Below, piece by piece: positions 39,693-53,700 of a DNA stretch of 64,000 bases. A program made the translations under genes and the position numbers. Origin of the DNA: Paragordius varius (lineage: Eukaryota > Animalia > Nematomorpha); contig OZ176053.1 in NCBI GenBank assembly GCA_964247055.1, positions 2,914,001-2,978,000 on the forward strand, read 5' to 3'. Numbering within the stretch: the stretch's first letter is position 1; the number at the start of each line of letters is the position of its first letter. The notes beneath the pieces are model-generated. The model worked only from the letters and a program-made list of their open reading frames with translations. It was not told the DNA's origin and made no database searches.

Positions 39693-39956
39693 CAGGGGTA
39701 ATTAACTTGCGGCCCTCCTAGGCTTAATAAGCGGTCCGTGAAAAATTAATCAATAATTTCTAAAAATATGCTCACAAAATCTCAATAAAGTGTATATTAA
39801 CTGAAAAAAATTGCTGAATCGTGTTTGCATTTTCCAGTTTTATGTTTGAAATCTGATAAATTCCTTATGAATGCCCATATATATTTCAAATGCGGCTACC
39901 GGGTTTTTTTAAGTCAAAAAAGCGGCCCGCGACGCCATTTGTGTTGGACACCCCTG
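39693..39956. mobile_element. hAT (Charlie-like) MITE
   Basis: Termini CAGGGGTAATTAAC / GTTGGACACCCCTG with subterminal GCGGCCC motifs. The 8-bp flanks do not match each other. Confidence 0.6.
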
Positions 39957-41943
39957 ATTTGTAATCTCTCAAAAAATTAAGCATTAGATAACATATATTA
40001 AAAAATATTTTGCCTTAATAGTCCCTCGAATTTATATTTTCTCCAATAACCTAATTAATGATAGTATTAAAAACTAATACCTACGATGTGGCCCTAATGT
40101 CTTGATTAAAAATCTCTTGACTTTTTCACTTAAACAAAACATAACTAAAATTATTTTCTCATTCATAATGATTCTCATAAGTATGTTATTTCGCCTATTT
40201 CTGAAATTTAGAAATATTAAACATTTTATTTCCATAGGTTTTACGTGTTTAATGAATAACTTCAAAGCTTTTACATGAGGTTAGATAACAGTGGTGGAGC
40301 CCCGACCAACGGTATATTTTAAAAAAGGTTCTTTATATTTTTTGAATGTTCTTAGAAATAGCTCCTATTCAATCCATAGATCTCGTAAATATTCCTAAAA
40401 TTTTACTTATAAGCCAGTTTTAATATAATGGCTCACTAACATAAAAAAGCAGACGGAAAATTGTGTCAAACGACAAACTTTAATTCTAATCTTTTATCGC
40501 AAATGTGTCACACATTTTGCAAAGTAATGCAAACTTTCATTATGTTGTTTTTTTTGTGATTAATTTTTTCAATTTATTTAGGTTTTATAGGATATAAATG
40601 ATTATTTCTCAATAATTGAATCAATATCAATTTTCAGCGAGTTTTTGATAATTTATAAAATTTCTATTATATATCTGCTTTCATCTGAATGGATTAAAAG
40701 TAAATTCTTTTGATCTTTCATTTCGTCTTTCAAAAAGTGGCAACAAAGTAAATTTTGATAAATGTTGTTTTTGGAGAATGAAAAATATTTCTGGTCCTTA
40801 TTAAATATTGATTAAAATGATTAAAAGAAAATTCTGTTATAGATTAAGACTTTTTTAAGTGCACAGTCGCAAAATTTTTGAATTCTTTGAAGTATAACAA
40901 AAGTTAAAAATTACATATATTTTTTGTGTTTGCAAAAAAAGTCCGAAATTAATTAAATTTTTTGAGGCTTCAAAAAATGAGAATTTTATCATCAGATATA
41001 TGGTGACCCCTTTAATGACCCCGTCACAATGTATTTTTTTAAAAGGCCCTATTTAAGTTATTATAGTTCAAATGAGCTGTATCTCGCAAACTTAGTAATT
41101 GGGCATTATAAGATCCTTACTAGTTCAGAGGTGCTCAAACAAATAACTTTGGTGGCCATATTTCAACCAAAAAAATGCCGCGGCTATATTCAAAAATATA
41201 TATGATTGATAAATTTATTAGAATATTATGCATTAAACTGTAAAAAATTACATATTACCAATATTAGTATGAATTCAGATATAGTTTGGTAAATATTAAT
41301 TTAAATTTAGCAAATTATTTGCTATTTATTTGAAGTTTTGCAAATTGGCCGCAAATATGTCTTGAAGGGCCGTATTTTCCCAGCGAGCCGTGTGTTGTAG
41401 TAACCTAAACTATTATTGGTATTTAGGTTCTTAAACTGAAAAGATATTTATTTTAAATGGCGATCAGCATTTATGATTTTTCCATTTTTATTAGAGTTAC
41501 ATATTCAATTGGATTGTCAAGAAAAATACAGCAGCGATTGTTCGCAATAAAATATTATGATAGAAATTATTATTAGTCAACTTTAACGCATGTGAAAAAT
41601 TAGGCTTAAATTTTTGAAAAAGTTTGACACTTTATTAAATAATCTTTCTTTTATATTTAATTTACTGAATAAAATTTAATAATAAAAGTATCGGATTTAG
41701 CCTGTCATTTAACCTTAAACACGATGATTTTATAATCATTAAATATCAAAATTTGCATATAAATAAAAAGGTCCCAATGATAATTACACTTGTCGACAAA
41801 TTTGGACTTTTTCAAGCACCACCACTCAAAATTTTAGATTATGACGATCCCCCCCCAATCAGAATTTTGTGATATTATAGTTTTTTAACAAGAGAAAATC
41901 GAGAAAATATAACTTTATAATAAAAAGTTATTATATTATAAAA

Positions 41944-42552
41944 CTAGCGTAAATCTCGTGCTGCTACGCAGCCCAAGAAAGTTTTTCGGACTCCTGGGGG
42001 GGTTGTTTGAAAAAGGGACAAAAAAATGATCCACATATCCTTACCCAGCAGCTATCATCAAAGAAACGCTTGACTAAAATTTTTTGCCTTTTAACAGGGA
42101 ATACGTGGAATCCTTATCGAATGTTTACGGTCTCATACCTTGGGTGAAAAATAGATTCAAAAAGTTATTTTTGTGGACTTTGTTTTTTTGAAAAAATTGC
42201 ATTATACGGGAGGAGCGGGTAAAAAGAGGGCCTAAATTAAAAAAGCGAGCCGACTATGTTCGGCGCAATCGAAAATAAGTAAACAAAAATCATATTTGAG
42301 AATGGTCCAACACGTTCTCCGGAAAATTGTGTCAAAGACACGATTTTTGTGGACTTATGTCTTCTTTAAAAAACCCGTTTTTTACAGTTAGTGGGCATAA
42401 CTGGATGCCTAATTCAAAAAAAAGGGCGAAGCTATTGTCGGGGCATTCGTTAATTATTATATTTTTTCGATATATTTGGATTTGAATGGGTTTACCGGTT
42501 TTCCGGAAACAGATCACAAAGCCAGCATTTTCCATTTTTATAAATATATAGA
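41944..42552 (-). mobile_element. Non-autonomous Helitron, 609-bp copy with canonical ends
   Basis: Minus strand begins A|TCTATATATTTATAAAAATGG and ends with the hairpin GCTGC-GTA-GCAGC, 12 nt, then CTAG|T. This gives 5'-TC, a 3' hairpin plus CTRR, insertion between A and T, and no TSD. Confidence 0.85.
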
Positions 42553-42879
42553 TTAATATCATTTAATAAAGCGTTTTAAACTCTATCTTTTGAATATAAA
42601 TATGTCATTATTAGGGAGAAAAAAATAGTACGGATATAAACGTCAAAATTTAGTATTTTTTTTAAGTTAATTTTAAACACGTATAAATTTATACTAAAAG
42701 TGGCATTATATGGTTTAAACCTTCGGCTTTCAGATAGGCTATATTCATTTTGTTAGTTTTTGTTATTTCTAGTACTTATTAAGGTTTTTCTCTTCGGTTG
42801 ATTCACAAAATCCTTTTACTTATACCTAGTGGATGTTTTTAATTTTTAAAATGATTATGAGTTATTATTTGAATTTTAG

Positions 42880-44900
42880 ATGGATGCTGAGCAGCCACTT
42901 TTATTACCTGGATTATGGATTATATACTACCATATTTTATGAAATGCAATAATATTTGAACCTTATCTGATTACATGGTCAAATCTGTCTAACTTTATTC
43001 TGTTAATTGGTTAATTTCATGTTAATTTTAGATTTTGCTGAAGTTAACTACGTTTTTTGGAGGTCTCTGCTACAGGGTTTTAATCATCTCATTATTGTAT
43101 ACCTTTGCCATATATGGCATTATTATAGGATTGCTTGGGGGATCATTGCAGAGTGCAAGCCGCCGGGATATCATGCCACACACCATACATTAGCCCTTTT
43201 CGATTTTTAATACTCTTTGGCTCTTAGCAATATATTTTAATTCTATATTTTTAAAGTTTTGTATCCTCTTTTATTTATTACATAGAATTTTTAATTAATA
43301 TATCCAAATTGGTATTTATTTATTGTATAATGTCCATTTCTTTGCCGATAAACTAGCCCGCTTGATAAGACGTATTTCTCGTGCAAAAGAGATAACAAAC
43401 CTTCAGCAGCGATTTCGGGCAGTTTATATTTCAATATAATGATCGACGACATTTTTATAAAGTTCTATTATATGGATCATCAATAACATTTTCTGCAAGT
43501 CTTTGTTAATAAAAAAATCTTCTGTGATATCGTATACTTAGGCTGGTATATTTGGATCATTTCTGCATTTCGTTCTAAAATTATAATGTAAAATCTGGCT
43601 TTGGAATACCACTTGTATTGACTTTCTCGTTTAAATATTTAAATATATGTATACGAGAATTTAATTTTACAAAAATCCTATTGGCGGCCTTAAATTTTTT
43701 TTGTTTTGGCCTCTCGCCATCAAGCAGAAAATGCAAAAAAATGCGGTGGTGTAAAACCTTGTTGAGCAGTGTTATTTACATTTTTTAACCATAAATACAT
43801 TTGTCCAATGTGTTAGCAAATTTAAAAAATCCAAAGAATGGCGAAGATTATGAGATATTTTTTCACAAATTTTTGTTTACTCAATTTTTTTTGAAGCATG
43901 CACCTAAAAGGCTAGCATATTTTTAAATTTTGCCAAATACTATTAAATATATAATTAATTTAAAAATAAGCTCTGTTCAAAATTATCCCATAAAATGCTT
44001 ATTGTATATATTATTTCTTAAATATACTCAGGTCATGATGATGGATATAATAAGTATCTTGATGAAGTATATATTCTAATAAAATTTTTCCGGATTTTTA
44101 TAGTGATTTTGAGCCCTACAAATATTTTAAGAATTAAAAATATTTACACTTTGGTAATTTCTCAATCTTACAAAATAGCTAAATATGCGTATTTTATGGT
44201 AAAACATAGGCAAAATGCTACATTTCTAAACAATATATTTTCAAAATAAACCATAAACTATAATAAATCAAAGCTAATTTTTTTATAATTTAAATTTTTA
44301 GATGCGGGTTTGAAAGTCTCAAATATTGGGCCTCTCTAAAATGGGGTTTGCCTAAGATAAACGCACCCGACATTGTACGATAAAATTTTTTAATGTAAGG
44401 TAGATCACGACATCAAAAAGATTGATGCATCCCTTATTTAAATTTAAATAGCAATATTTTGTAGCGAAAATGATTTGAGATATTATGACACCCTTTTTCT
44501 ATAATTCGATGATGCTATATATTATTCGTCTTCAAATTTTGGTCAAATATAAATTCTGCATATAAAACAGGATCAATATTTTACTTTAATAAAGTAAAAC
44601 TTTTTCAAAATTATCTAAAATTGAATTAATATGTAAACTTGCCAGACAAAAATATTCTTATGCTTCATTGCAATCAGCGCCACTCTATTTAAACCACTTT
44701 CCAACAGCCAATTGAAATATTTAAATGTCCAACAATAGTTCACGTTACCGCATTACAAATATTCTGCTAGGTTAGGTGATTTGCCCTACGAGGGTATTAT
44801 ATGAATGAGACGAAATTTTTTTATGACCTTTCTATGATTTTTAAATTAGGAGTCATCTGAGGCTCTACCGTTAAAAGCTATTCGTGATATAAGTATATAT
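42880..44900 (+). pseudogene. Possible fragmented multi-pass membrane protein gene (weakly MFS/SLC16-like)
   Basis: Typical 22-nt GT-AG intron at 43010-43031 and a 25-nt candidate near 44376-44400. Hydrophobic peptides LTTFFGGLC, IYGIIIGLLGGSL, LLYGSSITFSASLC and AGIFGSFLHFVL are present, but I could not build a stop-free model. Confidence 0.25.
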
Positions 44901-46540
44901 TTGCATTTGTATTAGGTATGCTTATTTTAAGCGCATCTATCTATTAACCTATGTTCATTGTTTTCTCTATATTTTTGTGATTTATTATTGTAATTATGGC
45001 CTTTCAAATTTATTGAAACGTATCCTTGTCTAGACAGAGGATCATTAATATGGTTAGGATATGTTGTTGATTATTATTGTTGTCTTTACCATTCATTTAT
45101 AATAATACACTAATCTACTTTTTATTCTTACTATTTGTCGTTTTTTTGTAAAATTTCAAGGATTTATTCTAGCCAGACACTCTCAAAACAATCTAAATTC
45201 TTTAACATATAGAAATTTTATCTACAATCAAAAATAATTAAAGAGCAGAACGTACATAAATCACATAATACCTCATCATGAAAAATGAAAAAAAAACCAT
45301 TAAACAAAATGTTTGGTAAAACTAATTATATTGATTGCTTTTTACATATTGTGTGGAATGTAAGAGGTGGATATAAAAATTTTAGGTTTTTCCTAATCCT
45401 TAAATTGTATATTAAATCCCTAATCCATACAATCTAGACTACCGTGTATTTGAGACCATTTTTGTGATTTTGATTTAAAGATATTTATTTCGCAATAACT
45501 TTTAAGTTTAAGTGTTTTTTGATATAAATTAATAATTAAAATTTTACAGCATTTTAACTGTATTAATATATAAATTAATAATTATAAAATTCCCACCATT
45601 TTTTTTTGGTTTTTTAATCAAATGCTTTAGGTATTTAAATATTATTTTCCACACAAGCTGTTATATATTAGAGATCAGATTAATTTGGATTAAAATTTGA
45701 TAGCAAATTAAAAATAGTCCTTGTGGCGCTAAATTTTGCTAATAGGTCAAATGTAAGGAAAATATAAGTTTTTAGTTCAACAATTTAATGATAGTTTAGA
45801 TTCACGAAATTTTTACCATCCATATTGACAATGTAATAAATATCTTTTTAAGGGTATCAATTCTGAAACTGATTTGGCCTGTATTAATATTTTCTTTTTT
45901 ATAAAATTAAAACTGAGTAAATGAAATTTCGGTCATAACGCTTTTCTAATTTCTAATTTTAATGAGATCATTTATCATGCAGCTTTCATAAAATATTCAT
46001 TATGAAGATATATAAAAACATAAAATTTGAAAATTTTAGATATAATCATAATGATAAATGTAATAGTTTTTAAATTATATGTGTAATCTCGATTGCCATT
46101 ATGTACATTAAAATTTTTTGCAATGCACTTTCGTACATTTAATTGTCATAATATACAGATAAAAAAACGTTCGAGTGGATCAATACAACATATGATAGAT
46201 AAAAATTTACACTTTTTTTGGATTTTTTTTAATTCCGCTCAATTTTTAAAATATGGGTAATAAAAATTTACACGAAGAGAAATTATGAGTATTGTGTGTC
46301 ACAAAAAATAAAAAAAAGGGATCATAAAAAATGTTTGCGAAAACGTTTTGGTGATGAAAGACTGTTTAGACTAACAGGAGAAAGAGGATTCCGTATCGAA
46401 ATAGAGGAAATGGTAGATATCGATTCGGTTTCTGATAAAATATCACATGTGTCGTCATCGTCATCCAGATTGCTTCCTAAAAAAACACCCAAAAAAGACC
46501 GTGAATAAAATATAGATTTGTACAAGATGTTGATATAATT

Positions 46541-49500
46541 CTATTTATATATATATATAGTAAAGCCACACAAATTTAAGAATATGGCAAAAGAGTTTAT
46601 GTCATTGAAATTATTGCTAATAATAAAAAGTTTCAAGTTAAATGTATTGGTTTTACAAAATTCATAAACTTTATTCGATTTTTTGACCTTATTTGTCGTA
46701 TAAATCATATTACCTTTTGGTATGGAGAATAGGAAACAAGATTTATCTGTATCATGAGGCGCATCATATTCATCCTCCTCCAAACACTTTTTTAGCTTTT
46801 TAGATTGCGGACCCATAGAAATCGCAGTTTGGTTTGTGTTGATTTTTTCACAATCAGACATATCAGGTGCCGAACAAGGTTGCATTGAACGCATTAAAAT
46901 GAAAAAGTTGGTAGCTGGTCCATACTGGATTCCTGGTAAGAACTGTGAAAGAAAAAAAAACGTTAATAGTAATGCAGATTAATGGACTTGTTTTAAAGTT
47001 AGTTTAAATGGTAAGCAATTTAATTTAATTAAAAAACTAGATTTAATAAATGGTAAATTATTGTCTTGAGAAAATCTTCTCTAAAATAACTTTGAGAAGG
47101 GCAATGATTTATCAAATATTACATATATTAAAATAGCAAATTAATTTTTAAAAACCGTATGAACATTTTATCATTTTTGATTCTTTTACCTTTAAATGAA
47201 TGTAATCCGGCCATTTAATACTTATGAAAAGTAATTTAAAATAAACAGAATAAAAACCTTGGGGGTAAGTAAAAAGTATTGAGGAACGTTTGGTTTTTCT
47301 GACAATTCAACTAACAAATCCATAACTTTTCTTTCATTGTGAGCATCCATCCCTTGATTTATTTCATCAACCATGCGAAATGGACACTGAGTCAATTCCT
47401 AGGATTAATAAGTTTCATGCTTTAAATTATTACAATTCATAGACCATTTACACCTTAAATTCACCCTTGATCACGTCTACTTACACACTTGAACATTTCA
47501 AATTCCCTCTGATTTACAATAACCCTAAATTTTTAAATCCTAAAAAATAATATGTTTTGGGCCATTAAAACCAATATTGATATTAAATATTTGTTTATGG
47601 CATAGTTTATCATTTCATATGCATACTATTTCACTATTTACAAATATCATAAATAAAGTATTTGAATTTGAAAAACACAATTCATTTTTAGGGTAACTAT
47701 GAAATGTTTGATTAATTTTGAATAAAGGGTATTTTAAAATAAAGGGTAAATTTTAGTGATTGGTATTATTTAATGTTTTTATAATATAATATATTGTTTT
47801 ATAAAGGTGATATATCTTGCCGAAACTCATTACACCCTTATTTTTGACATTTTCCTTTAAATATTTTTCTATTCCGGAATCATTATAATTGATAAATTTT
47901 TCAGCAAGATGCATATGAACAAAACTAAACATTATCCAGAAATTACCAAATTATACAGAATTTTATAATAATGAGAATATATATAAATATTCAATTAGTT
48001 TTTAAATCATTATTTCTAAGCCATAAAAAATTTGACTTTAGAACCATATAAAATCTCTTAGTGCCGCATAAAGCCCATGGTCAATTTAACTATCCCTGTA
48101 ATAAACTGTAGACGACTACAATTGTTTGGGCGATATGAATATTAATATTTTTATGTTTTGCGAAAGTAGAAAACAATATCAAAATAAGGAAGAAACATTT
48201 ACATAAACCAAGATCATAATATAACGGAGAAAATTAACAATTACATTTAATAGTTTAATTTCATTTTTATTTTAGTATTTTTTAAATTTGTATGATTCTA
48301 TAGTTTGCAAATCGCACATACAAAACAATCCCGTTAAATAAATTTAATTATTTCTGAATTTAGAGCTATTTAACTATCGCAAACTCCTATTTCAGCTTAA
48401 AAACATATAAAACGCAAAAAACCTGCAATGATAACAGGTAAAATATGGTGGCTAAACTACGTTCACCCCCAGACTGTTGCATATGATTGAGAGTTGATAA
48501 ATCTTGATCAGGTCTAAATTTTACTTTGATAGCCAATCCATATGTTCCAAAAGTATCTGACAAAAGTTTTTCCATTTCACTCACTATGTGTGAATGGAAA
48601 GAAATTAAAAGCATATATATTTTATGGTTTTTTTACCAAACTCTATATAACAAGCTCAATACTTTTTTAATTAACTAAACTATTTCACAAAAACTTTATC
48701 ATCGTAAACGATTTGCAAGTATGTAAAATAAATATTTAATTAATCATTTTAAACTTTAAATTTCGTTTTAGGGTATATTTCTTGAAAAACCAAAGTTTTG
48801 ATAAAAATGTTAATAAATAATTCAATTACTATAAAATTACTCAAATATTGAGTGACAAATGCTTATACATCATGTAAAAGCCTATTAATCATTATGAAAT
48901 TTGAATTAATGAAAATAAACGGCGAAATAAAATGGAGTCTTTGATTTGGAAAATGTTAATTTGATTTTAAAACCATTAAATTAAATAAAAAGTATTATTG
49001 CGTTTGAATATAAAAAGGTCAAAAAAAGCAATACAAAAAGTATTATATTCTTACATTGTTTCTGCATATCTTGATCTCCAATAATAGTATTTTTAGATGT
49101 TTGCTGCGTAGAATTCAAACAAGTCTCAGAAGTTGATATTGTGTTGTTATTTACATTATGTAATTTATCGCCTTTACCATTTATTTTCGTCGGTAATTGG
49201 GGAACCACAGTTTTATCATGAGAAGATGTTCCTTCTTCATGTTCTTTTTGTTTTAATAATTCTACTCTGGCTGGACAATCAAGACGTGAAAAATAAGCCG
49301 TAAAATTGGTATTAATTTTCTCCAAAAGTGTATCCCATTCAATTTGCCATTGCTGTTGCGTGGGTAGGATAGTATGATTTAGGCAATCCTTAACACTTGC
49401 TAGATTGGTATGAAAATCGTGTTCGAGCGATTTTATACTCCTTTGACGTTCATAATAGGCTTGAACAACCTAAATCAAACCATAGCATGCAAAATTAATA

Positions 49501-50381
49501 GCAACTAAAATCTTAGTCTTTGAGGCATTAAAAATTATGCATTTAACCAAAAAAGTAAAATAAATTTTGGCAGAAAATATGTTTATAATATGTTTTATAA
49601 AAGATTACTTTAAAGCGATAAATAATTTTTAGACATTTAGTTAGGAAAACAAAAACAATAAAATGCAATATTTAAAAATTACATCTTCGCCTACAACCAA
49701 CATATCAGCTCGTATTTTAATTATTTCAATTTCTCTTTCCAATGCTTCACGCGTGCCAGGTATGGTTTCAAATGACTGTAAAATGCATACATAAATAAAA
49801 GAAATAAAAATAAAAATTTACAAACAGTAAAAGACCAATAGTCTCTAATGTTTTAAATAACAATTATCGTATTGGGTGCAACATAAGAAATAGTTTAGAG
49901 ATGAAAAATAGTAACGTAATCAATTCAGTTATATAAAAAATAGAGGATCAAAAATATTGTTTTTTCTAAGAGAATAGCCTTTTATCATATATGTGGTCTT
50001 TATAATTTTATTAACTGTACATGTGATAAAAGTTGGGTCTAACCCCTAATAATGCAGTCAAAACTGTGTTTATAGTTTCATATAAAACCAACCAGTCATA
50101 AGACATTTACGAAATTAATAAATATAAAAGGAATTTTATTAATTTAAAAATATTTTTTTATTACAATCAATTTAATTGAGGCTAATTTTCATTATTTTAT
50201 CAAACTATATATTTCCCTGCGGCATTATATGACCGGCAGAAAGATTCAATTACAAAAAGGTTAGACTGGTTTTTATTTAATCAGTCTAAATATATTCTTA
50301 CAATATTTAATAAAACCACACTGTAAAAAGCCATATATAAGGTTTATGCAATTATATAGCTTAACTTTAATGCATAAAATA

Positions 50382-50414
<33 letters not shown>

Positions 50415-50660
50415 TATTTACACTTCAAATTTACCCTTGAACAATTCAAATTCACCCTAAATTATGTGTTTTTTAAGATTAGATATTATCTGTATTATTT
50501 TATTTTTCAAAAAAATTTTGTTTGTAACTATAATAATACTGAAAAAATAATAAAATAAGCCAAAAAGAGATATTTGATATTAATAATGAGTTATATCTGC
50601 CCGAAAACATATAATTTATTTTTAGGGTTAATTTGAATTGTTCAAGGGTAATTTGGATTC

Positions 50661-50704
<44 letters not shown>

Positions 50705-53700
50705 TACCTCCAATAATTTAGTATTTAATCGTATATCATGTATACTATTTTCCAGTGCATAATCCCCAAAATTTTTTATCAAGCTGGATTGTGAAATAGA
50801 CAACATAGATGTATTGTTCAAAGCTTTTTTATTAGCTAAATTGTTTTTAGATGATTTAGAAGTCGAAGACACAGTAGATTTCTTTGCGTAATCCGATTCA
50901 GATAAAAAAGATTTTAAATTTTTTACGCTTGTTACAAATTGTTTTTCAGCGTCCAACAAATTAACTTTTAATTCGATTAGTGTGTTCTATAAAAAGAAGG
51001 ATATGGATACATATGTTATATTGTTTGTAAAATTACGATTTTAGGAATAAAAATTTCATATTATCTATGAAGTCATTGCATATGCGAATAAATTGAGTGA
51101 ATTGTTTTGGAAGTATTTTTGGAGATAAAATATTTATGTAAATAGCCAAAAAGTAGCAAAAATTATTTTTAAATCATAGATCGACTTTTAAAAAATTAAT
51201 ATTTAGTAAACAAACATATATTTTTGTAAATTTGCTTATTACACTTGCCAGGTCTTCGAACCGGAACATGGTCACTGAAATTATGGCAGAAACCACGGGT
51301 TGAAACCCTCCCGGTTTCAACATCCTCAGTCACATTCGGTTCTCATAACAAGTTCTCATGTTTTTATTTTTGAAAAATAAAATTTTTTGTTTAAATTAAT
51401 ACGTAAATTTGATTGCAGGATAACATTCCATAAGAATGGAATGACCATCATAAAATTAAAATATGTTTTCTAAATATACCATTTGCACTTCAAGAGTGTC
51501 CTTGAACAGTTCAAGTTGGTCCTTGAACAATTCAAGTTGGTCCTTGAACACTTCAAGTTGGTCCTTGAACACTTCAAGTTGGTCCTTTGACTTTTTTGTT
51601 TTGTTTTTAATTTTTATCAATCAAATCGTAAATAATTCATCTATTTTTAACCTATTTTCTATTATTTAACATAAATTTTAAATCGATATCAACTTTTAAT
51701 CTTTGAGAAATCGTATATTTTTACTAATTTCTTAAAATAATTTTGGATATTTATTAGATTTTAACACGAAATGAAAAAATATATTAGTTTTCTGGGTTAT
51801 TAATTAAAATTTTTTTATTAAAAACATTTAAAAGTCAATAATGTTGTTCAATTGAAAAAAAATAATTTGAAACAAAAAAGTGGTTTTTAAATAAAAATTT
51901 TTATTTTTAAATGAATAAATATATAATAAATAAAGAAAATTAGGTTAATAAATAATAAAATTAAAAAATAAATGCAAAAATTATGGTAAAATCAAAATTT
52001 ATAAATTTTAAGGACCAACTTGAACTGTTCAAGGACCAACTTGAAGTGTTCAAGGACCAACTTGAACTGTTCAAGGACCAACTTGAAATGTTCAAGGACC
52101 AACTTGAACTGTTCAAGGACACTCTTGAAGTGCAAATGGTATATTTAACATAAATTTTTAATCGTTAACAACTTTTAATCTTTGAGAAACCGTATATCTT
52201 TATTAATTTTTTAAAATAATTTTGGATATTTATAAGATTTTAACACGAAATGAAAAAATATATTAGTTTTCTGGGTTATTAATTAAAATTTTTTTATTAA
52301 AAACATTTAAAAGTCAATAATGTTGTTCAATTGAAAAAAAATAATATGAAACAAAAAAGTGGTTTTTAAATAAAAATTTTTATTTTTAAATGAATAAATA
52401 TATAATAAATAAAGAAAATTAGGTTAATAAATAATAAAATTAAAAAATAAATGCAAAAATTATGGTAAAATCAAAATTTATAAATTTTAAGGACCAACTT
52501 GAACTGTTCAAGGACCAACTTGAAGTGTTCAAGGACCAACTTGAAATGTTCAAGGACCAACTTGAACTGTTCAAGGACACTCTTGAAGTGCAAATGGTAT
52601 ATTTAACATAAATTTTTAATCGTTAACAACTTTTAATCTTTGAGAAACCGTATATCTTTATTAATTTCTTAAAATAATTTTGGATATTTATAAGATTTTA
52701 ACCCGAAATGCAAAAATATATAAGTTTTCTGGGTTTTTAATTAAAATCTTTCATTAAAAACATTTAAAAGTCAATAATTTTGTTCAATTGAAAAAAAATA
52801 GTTTGAAACAAAAAAATGGTTTTTAAATAAAAATTTTTATTTTTAAATGAATAAATATATAATAAAAAAAGAAAATTAGGTTAATAAATAATAAAATAAA
52901 AAAATAAATGCAAAATCTATGGTTAAATCAAAATTTATAAATTTTAAGGACCAACTTGAAATGTTCAAGGACCAACTTGAAGTGTTCAAGGACACTCTTG
53001 AAGTGCAAATGGTATATATTTTTTATTTATTTATCACATGATAACATATTTTCTCGTATCCGATTAAAATAGAATTAGCGATATTTTTCTGTATTTCTCA
53101 TTTAAACTTGAGAAAGCGAATCACAGGTAATTTATACATATTTATATATATTATATCAAAAAAATCTTAAGTGGCTGGTATAGCCATTATGTTGACTAAT
53201 TTATATAAACCAGGGTGACTAAGTTCCCTGTTTCCTCATATCTACATTATATTGACTGACAAGATTATAAACGAATGTTTTTGCCTACATAAATCGTGTT
53301 TTTGATGTAATCAAGGGGCTATTTTTAATATTCTTTTGTCAAAATTATTTCCAATTCGTAATATCCACAAATATATTTAATTTATTAATGCGTTTGTACA
53401 GCATAAGTTTAAATATAAAGCGGCATAAACAGGTCAAGTTTCTGGGCATTATTCTTCCCTTAATACAAGTATAACTTAAAAAATATGCAGTTATAACCTC
53501 TCTCTTAATCTTAAAAATTAAGCATTCCCAAATACCAAAAGAATCTTATAAACTAATTGGTCCCTCTGCATGTTGGAAGAGATGTATAGAAATTAAATCT
53601 TAAAAAGTAAGGTAAAGCACTCATTTGGACTTTAGTACTAAATAATATATAATTAATCATAATACCCAATCAACCTATCATTGAATTAGTTGTATTCTCT

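Noticed and set aside
51463-51669. Heptad reading of the 21-mers (KDQLEVF on the SMC5 strand; LNTSSWS in the plus-strand ORF) as a coiled-coil exon
   Set aside because: There is an in-frame TGA at 51623-21, no good splice sites and a stop soon after. The 7-aa period is simply 21/3, and SMC5 length already fits without it.
52010-52114. 21-bp direct repeats as a CRISPR array
   Set aside because: The repeats are contiguous with no unique spacers, there are no cas genes, and the context is eukaryotic and intronic.
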